From assembly GCA_040756875.1 (NCBI GenBank), contig JBFLYH010000006.1:1-12972 (forward strand): a DNA stretch of 12,972 nucleotides, given 5' to 3'. The position numbers were made by a program, and so were the translations under genes. How positions within the stretch are numbered: the stretch's first letter is position 1; each line of letters begins with the position of its first letter. Shown in pieces: positions 9,001 through 12,972 of this stretch. The notes beneath the pieces were generated by a model. It saw only the letters and a program-made list of their open reading frames with translations, did no database searches and was not told the origin of the DNA. The DNA comes from a candidate division FCPU426 bacterium (GTDB lineage: Bacteria > Oederibacteriota > JAAXVQ01 > JAUVAV01).

Positions 9001-12000
9001 ACGGCAATGCCATGTTCGGAAATGACACGCTCCTGCCGCTGCTCGACATTGTCCGCTATTTGCGCGACCGTCGGCCCGACCTGATGGATAAAACCACCTT
9101 GGAGTTCAATCCGGCCTATTGGGTGCGCAGCCTGTATGGGTTCGAGCGCCAGGTCCGGCTGACCGCGAGACGGCTGGAGGCTGAACGCCGGGGCATGGAC
9201 GCGCGGCCTTGGGTCCGTGCCTTGCGTCTGGCCCTGAGCCCGGACCGGACGCCCGCGGCCCGCGCCTTCATCGGCCGCGTGCTTTCGGTTTTATACGGCT
9301 GGACTAGGGAAACCGTAACGGATGTCGGAACCGTGGGCCAATGGGCAAGGGACTTCCAATCTGAACTTGAACAACAGGGATTTCCCAACCGGGCGCTGGC
9401 CGATATTGATTTCCTCGGCGATTTGCGGACGGACAGAGCCTGGCAGGTGCGGTTCAATGATTTGACGGCGAAGGTTTTTGAGGTGGTCAAGGGCTTCGAC
9501 GGGCGGCAGGCGTTTGTGGCCGGCCTCTACAACCGAGACCGTCAATTGGTCGGGCATGCGCTTTTCTTTGCCGAGGCCGGGCGGGAAGGGAGCGTGCAAT
9601 TCCGTTTCTCCATCCACGAAGCTTTCCGCAGCCGCAACCTGGGCACCCAGGCTCTGCGCATGCTCGCGACCCTGATTTGGCAAGGACAACTGTTCGACCG
9701 GCCGGTGGCCTCCATCGGATACTATACCTTTGCCGACGAAGGCCGGATCATGGTGTACGCCCTGAATTTCGGCGTGATCAGGCGCCTGCTGATGCGCTCG
9801 GGCTTTACGAACCAATTGCGGCTGGATTTGTCCAAATTCGCGTCCCTGGTCGCGCCCGCACCCGGTTTGGTGCGCTCCCGTCAGCTGGTGTTGGAACCCA
9901 GGCCGGAAACGGATTGGGCCAGTGAAATGGTGCTCAACCCGGGAATCATCCAGGACCGCCGCACGGGCAGGCTGCACATGCTGTTCCGCGCCACCGGCCC
10001 ATACGTGCAAAAACAGCTGCCGGGAAAACCCGCCCCCTTCCCGATCTTCCTGGGATACGCTTACAGCGACGACCAAGGACTGACGTGGCATGCGGACTTC
10101 TCGCGGCCGGCCCTGGCGCCCCGGCTCGAATACGCGCCGGAAGGGATTTTGATTGAAAACACGGCGGGCCAGCGCGTTCCCAATCACGCCAACGGTACCA
10201 TCGAGGACCCCCGCCTGTTTTACTTGCAGGGCAAAGCCTATCTGATTGCGGCCTGCCGCATGTTTCCGCCGGGCGCCTACTGGGCGAAAGAAGATCCCAC
10301 GCAGGCTTTGCCGGATTGGACGCAAACGCCCCAGAATCCCTACGGCCGGGCGGCCGCGGGCAACGTGACAGTCAATGTATTATTCGAAGTGGATCTGGAC
10401 GCGCTGGCAGCAGGCAATTATGAACGGGCGTTTGGATATGTCGGACGGCTCACGGACCCGGCTTTGGGAGAAAACCGGGACGTGGTGGTTTTCCCGGAAA
10501 AAATGATGATCAACGGCGAGCCGCAGATCGTGATGCTGCACCGGCCGGAAACGCCGGGCGGGACCCGGCGGCCTTCGATTTTCATCCGCGCGGCCCGGAC
10601 CTGGGAGGAGTTGGCTGTCCCTGAATCCGCGGCGACCCTTCTGGCTGAGCCTCGCTTCCCCTGGGAGCGGGAGCGCATCGGCGCGAGCGCGCCGCCCCTG
10701 CGCATTTCCCCGACTGAATGGCTTCTGAGCTACCACGGCAAGCAGGATGCCGCGGCCGGCTATTCGCAGTCGTTCATGATCCTGGAGGAACAGCCCAACG
10801 GCCTGCCCAGGGTCAAGCACCGCTGCCCGGAACAACTGCTGATCCCCCTGGCGGAATGGGAACAGCCGGGTAAATTCCGCACGCCCGTGCTGTTTGTGAC
10901 CGGCATGGCGCGCGTGGGGAATGAGCTGTTGCTTAGTTACGGCGCGGCGGACGAGAAAGCCGGCGTGGCGCGCTTGGATTACCAGGCCCTGTTGGACGTG
11001 GTGCGCCAATACGACGCGGACGGCAACCGCATGGGGCCAGGGCCCGGCGCTCCGCAAGGCCCGGCGCAGGGGCCGGGACCCGGCGGGGACATGAACGAGC
11101 ATTTGCGGCAGATGAAGGAAGTGCTGCCTGAGGGCGTAAACCGTCCGATCCGTGGCTTGCAGAGCCTGCCGGGGCGGCTGCTGGACTATGGGGTGAGGAC
11201 CGTTTTGTTCGTGACCGACGGACGCGGGATCGGGAACCTGAACCTGAAGCTGCCCATGCGTTCGCTAGCGGCGGTGGTGCTGGCAGGGTTGGCCCTGTTG
11301 CAGACCGTGGTGGCGGTGTTCGCCGGAGTCCGCGCCGACGCGACGGCCGTGGACGATCTCAGCCCGCGGTTTGAGGCGATCAAACGAACACTGGTGCTGC
11401 CGGACCGGATCACGGCGCGGGAATACAACGTGAAGCAGATCCGGTTCCGCCCCCTGTCGGAGCTGGGTGGTTTCTGGCAGCGGTTGTTGCGCGGGCAGTT
11501 GCTGGGTGCGTACCAGGAGAACGGCCAGGCAGCGGAACACGGGGAATGGGCCTCCATTTACGTGCCCAACCGGCTGCTGCTGCGGATGTCAGAGCCTATG
11601 CCTGCGGCGGACGGGACCCTGCGCTCGGCCATGTCCCGGCTGGGATACCGCGTAGAAGCCATGCTGTTCGGGGCGATTGTGGGGTACGAAGCTGAACAGT
11701 ATTACCAAGCCGGCCGGTGGGACGGGGTGGCTGAAACGTTCGGACTGACGCCCTCGCTGATCGATGCGGAGGCAGAAGCACCTGGGGTGGTGAATCTGCA
11801 AAGAGGAGTGCCTGCGTCCGAATGGCACCAGGCCACGCGCCAGAAAGTCGGCGTCACGGCCATGGAGCTGACCGGGTTGGTGGATGATTACCTGCGGGAA
11901 GCTGCGCAAGTGCGAAACCTGGGCGCGGACAAGAGCCTGCAGGCGCTGAAAGAGGCCCTGGGCCGGGAACTGGAGCAAGGCGCGGAGCCGAACTTGGCGA

Positions 12001-12971
12001 CCGTGATGCGGATTGCGTCGGGACTGCAGGGGGTATCGCCGGGCAGCCTGGCCGGGGTCTTGCGGGAGTTGACGCGCGAAGGGCAGGAGTTGAGCGGCGA
12101 GGCGAGGCAATTGGTGGCCAACGGAGTGGTCGGCCGCCTGATCACCGGGGAACAGGTGGCGGCCGGCCGCGCGGGATCGAGGGGAGTGGAGACGGCGGTA
12201 GCAGTGGCCGGGCAGGAGGTTTATGTGCAATCCATGCCGGCGGCAAACCGCGCGCAACTGGCGGCGGTCAGGGAAGCCCTGTCAGGTTTGCGCGGCCAGA
12301 GTGGCGTGGAGGGGCTGATCAGCCGGCTGGAACTGGCGGAGCGCGTGCTGACGGCAATAAGCGGCGTGTCGCCAGGAAGGCTGGGGCTGTTGGACGAGGC
12401 GACGGGCCTGGCGCTGCGCGGAGAAGTGGGACAACAGGCACGCAGCGAGCAGGCGGAATTGTTGATGATCGGCGAGGACCTGTCGCGCAATGTCCACGGC
12501 GTGAAGACCGGCCGGGTAACAACCGTGGAGATGGAGGGGGTGGAGCTGGCGAATCCACAGGTGTTTGAAGTGTCGGCTCCGGTCCAACAGGCGTTGGAGG
12601 CAGCGGACATACTGAAGGCTGAACTGCCTGAAAATGTCGTGGCGCGGGTGTATGGCGGAGAAGTGGAACAGATGATGCCGGCGCCGAAAGCGCGGCTGGG
12701 GCTGATGGCGCGGCTGATGCGTCTGATGCCGTCGCGGCGCATGCAGCAGATGGCAATGAGGCTGGATCCCATGGGTTACTGGCAGAGCGTGGTGGGAGGG
12801 TTGGGCCTGAGCGAGACGGCGTTCGGCGCGCTGCTGCAGCGCGGCGACAGCCCGATCGTGCAGGCGTACCTGAGGTACGCGGCCAGGCCGGAAAGCCGGA
12901 AGGCGGAGCGCGACCTGATGAAAGCCATGCTGCGCGCCTTGAAAGCCGAGGGCGAGAAGGCGCAGACCGCG
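3..12971 (+). CDS. Giant multidomain membrane-associated protein, partial at both ends (at least 4,323 aa)
   Basis: Frame +3 reads RQVEEDLVNPYFALIRNRKTPLEKLL... through to ...LMKAMLRALKAEGEKAQTA with no TAA/TAG/TGA found. The ORF track lists no frame +3 ORF, consistent with the absence of an in-window stop. Several recognisable enzyme motifs fall in this frame. Confidence 0.96.
585..1430 (+). other. Polytopic membrane domain (about 6-7 hydrophobic helices); C-terminal part weakly resembles VanZ-like/DUF2809 membrane proteins
   Basis: Hydrophobic stretches: MAIMTSIGLVMLGA, LGLALLAFVLPVITYLAAGI, IIIIPSTLAAFYQLVVSF, LFGTLSVFGAFSLGIMLLLTVL, MVLGAILSGYLASFIL, GLTVFLMIAYSL, LFFIFVTGLLSYQVF. The segment NELLEG...SGTSDPVDLFFIFVTG recalls the E...GTFDxxD pattern of those families; that family call is tentative. 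Confidence 0.6.
2205..2714 (+). repeat. 170-aa intragenic protein repeat, copy 1 (two-TM hairpin plus helical region with HE motif)
   Basis: HPFRAAQGY...SLALVG...GGY...RAVRDAM...PDFLTL...WLNGIP...RQAKTQAIALSDGWVDADAMRIL...QVRRHERYRNE...LALLP; aligns without gaps to copies 2 and 3. Confidence 0.92.
2790..2882 (+). other. Single transmembrane helix preceding the glycoside hydrolase module
   Basis: ARLAFSLVMTVLSMITFLAAFGVWTYFLVYN, a long uncharged hydrophobic stretch. Confidence 0.75.
2990..3395 (+). other. Beta-rich domain, probable beta-sandwich / carbohydrate-binding-module-like
   Basis: Alternating hydrophobic strands (FIITAD, FGSVIL, ITVDF, VLVDLDVV, WFFIVYN, LRFRL, LRFEAGI, QVVFN) immediately N-terminal to a glycoside hydrolase domain. 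Confidence 0.5.
3540..4560 (+). other. GH99/GH71-like glycoside hydrolase domain (endo-alpha-mannosidase-like TIM barrel)
   Basis: IIPHAVWWY; IASVHHPLLGDFTSADPEYIRWLIRTSKAMGLNGFSIDYY (cf. GH99 YPxLGxYSSxDP...AGID); LSLMYE; YATSPAFQRLGGVPVVYLF; EFDDR; TWDDWNEGTEMEPS at 4455-4496 (cf. GH99 TSFNEWHEGTQIEP). Confidence 0.85.
4764..5273 (+). repeat. 170-aa intragenic protein repeat, copy 2
   Basis: HRFRAVIGY...SLALMG...GGGY...RAVEEAM...PAFSEL...WLESLP...QQARDEAIAWSDGRINEAAMAAL...QVRWHESFRRE...LAMLP. Confidence 0.92.
5520..6330 (+). other. Class I SAM-dependent methyltransferase domain, CheR-like
   Basis: Motif I LKVRDEGASTG (D at 5649), motif II YTATDL, then FHIQQHDIF and LTILSNVLVPKYY...ALRQVGRNMLDKGLLLVVN. 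The order matches the CheR-type pattern GCSTG / ATDI / FxxHNL / CRNVLIYF / LxxGGxL. Confidence 0.7.
6474..6983 (+). repeat. 170-aa intragenic protein repeat, copy 3
   Basis: HPFRALSGY...SAALLG...GGAY...RGVQRAM...PTFAEL...WIDSLP...RQALTAAIAWSDGRVDARAMAIL...RIRFHETLRND...LALLP. Confidence 0.92.
7080..8072 (+). other. Xylose isomerase-like / AP endonuclease 2 family TIM-barrel domain, tandem copy A
   Basis: Strand-end motifs in the expected order: GAIST, TEVF, TTMHAD, VILHIE, LLLFEP, IVFDTWH, IAWVHFSN, MTFELSP (cf. family xxEN, DxxH, HxxD, xxE metal ligands). Confidence 0.7.
8205..9173 (+). other. Xylose isomerase-like / AP endonuclease 2 family TIM-barrel domain, tandem copy B
   Basis: GSIST, LEIY, RSIHTQ, LVIHSS, LMIEAHN, ILFDPWH, IDWLHLAN, RHG, TTLEFNP. 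Colinear with copy A, e.g. RRPDLLYRMTFELSPVYFVRSLFGFDR versus RRPDLMDKTTLEFNPAYWVRSLYGFER. Confidence 0.72.
9420..9815 (+). other. GNAT-family N-acetyltransferase domain
   Basis: AFVAGLYNRDRQLVGHALF strand pair, motif A FSIHEAFRSRNLGTQALRML (R-x-x-N/G-x-G acetyl-CoA loop), and C-terminal RRLLMRSGF. Confidence 0.7.
9870..11015 (+). other. GH130-family glycoside phosphorylase/hydrolase (five-bladed beta-propeller; beta-mannoside-active family)
   Basis: VLEP...WASEMVLNPG, MLFRA, LGYAYSDDQGLTW, IEDPRL (EDPR at 10203-10214), NRDVVVFPEK, MLHRP, WERERIGASAPP, WLLSYHG, WEQPG...VLFVTG, LSYGAADEKAGVA. Confidence 0.92.
11034..11090 (+). other. Gly/Pro-rich low-complexity linker
   Basis: GPGPGAPQGPAQGPGPGGD separating the GH130 domain from the final region. 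Confidence 0.8.
11091..12971 (+). other. Unassigned Ala/Gly/Glu/Leu-rich, probably helical region with one hydrophobic helix (about 11265-11330)
   Basis: SLAAVVLAGLALLQTVVAVFAGV followed by about 550 aa with no recognised enzyme motif; G-rich sense strand. Confidence 0.5.
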
Positions 12972-12972
12972 G

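Noticed and set aside
6996-9002. 668-aa minus-strand ORF
   Set aside because: It lies in codon register antisense to the giant frame +3 ORF. Such shadows are common in GC-rich genes, and it has no recognisable motifs, whereas the + frame encodes two TIM barrels here.
9291-11102. 344-aa and 240-aa minus-strand ORFs
   Set aside because: Antisense shadows of the GNAT and GH130 domains.
1-12972. Separate genes joined by stop-codon readthrough or an alternative genetic code
   Set aside because: No stop codon of any type was found in frame +3, so recoding is not needed to explain the long frame.
1-12972. CRISPR array, tRNA/rRNA, IS element, intein, or NRPS/PKS modules
   Set aside because: I saw no short spaced DNA repeats, intergenic space, transposase motifs, intein splice motifs or A/C/KS domain motifs.

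Overview
The whole window is an internal fragment of one giant gene. I translated + strand frame 3 by hand and found it open from base 3 to 12971 (4,323 codons), with no in-frame stop and running off both edges. The supplied ORF track misses it, and its listed ORFs look like off-frame or antisense shadows. The protein is a membrane-associated mosaic of enzyme domains. In order: a multi-pass membrane block, 170-aa repeat 1, a TM helix plus beta-sandwich plus GH99/GH71-like glycoside hydrolase, repeat 2, an AT-richer CheR-like SAM methyltransferase, repeat 3, two tandem xylose-isomerase/AP-endonuclease-2-like TIM barrels, a GNAT acetyltransferase, a GH130 mannoside phosphorylase-like propeller, a Gly/Pro linker, and an unassigned G-skewed region. 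The most notable feature is the gapless 170-aa two-TM repeat with an HE motif that separates unrelated cargo domains like a cassette scaffold. The architecture resembles giant proteins described from Omnitrophota and similar putatively predatory or host-associated bacteria, but taxonomy cannot be established from this window. All domain calls come from motifs recognised by eye, not from database searches.
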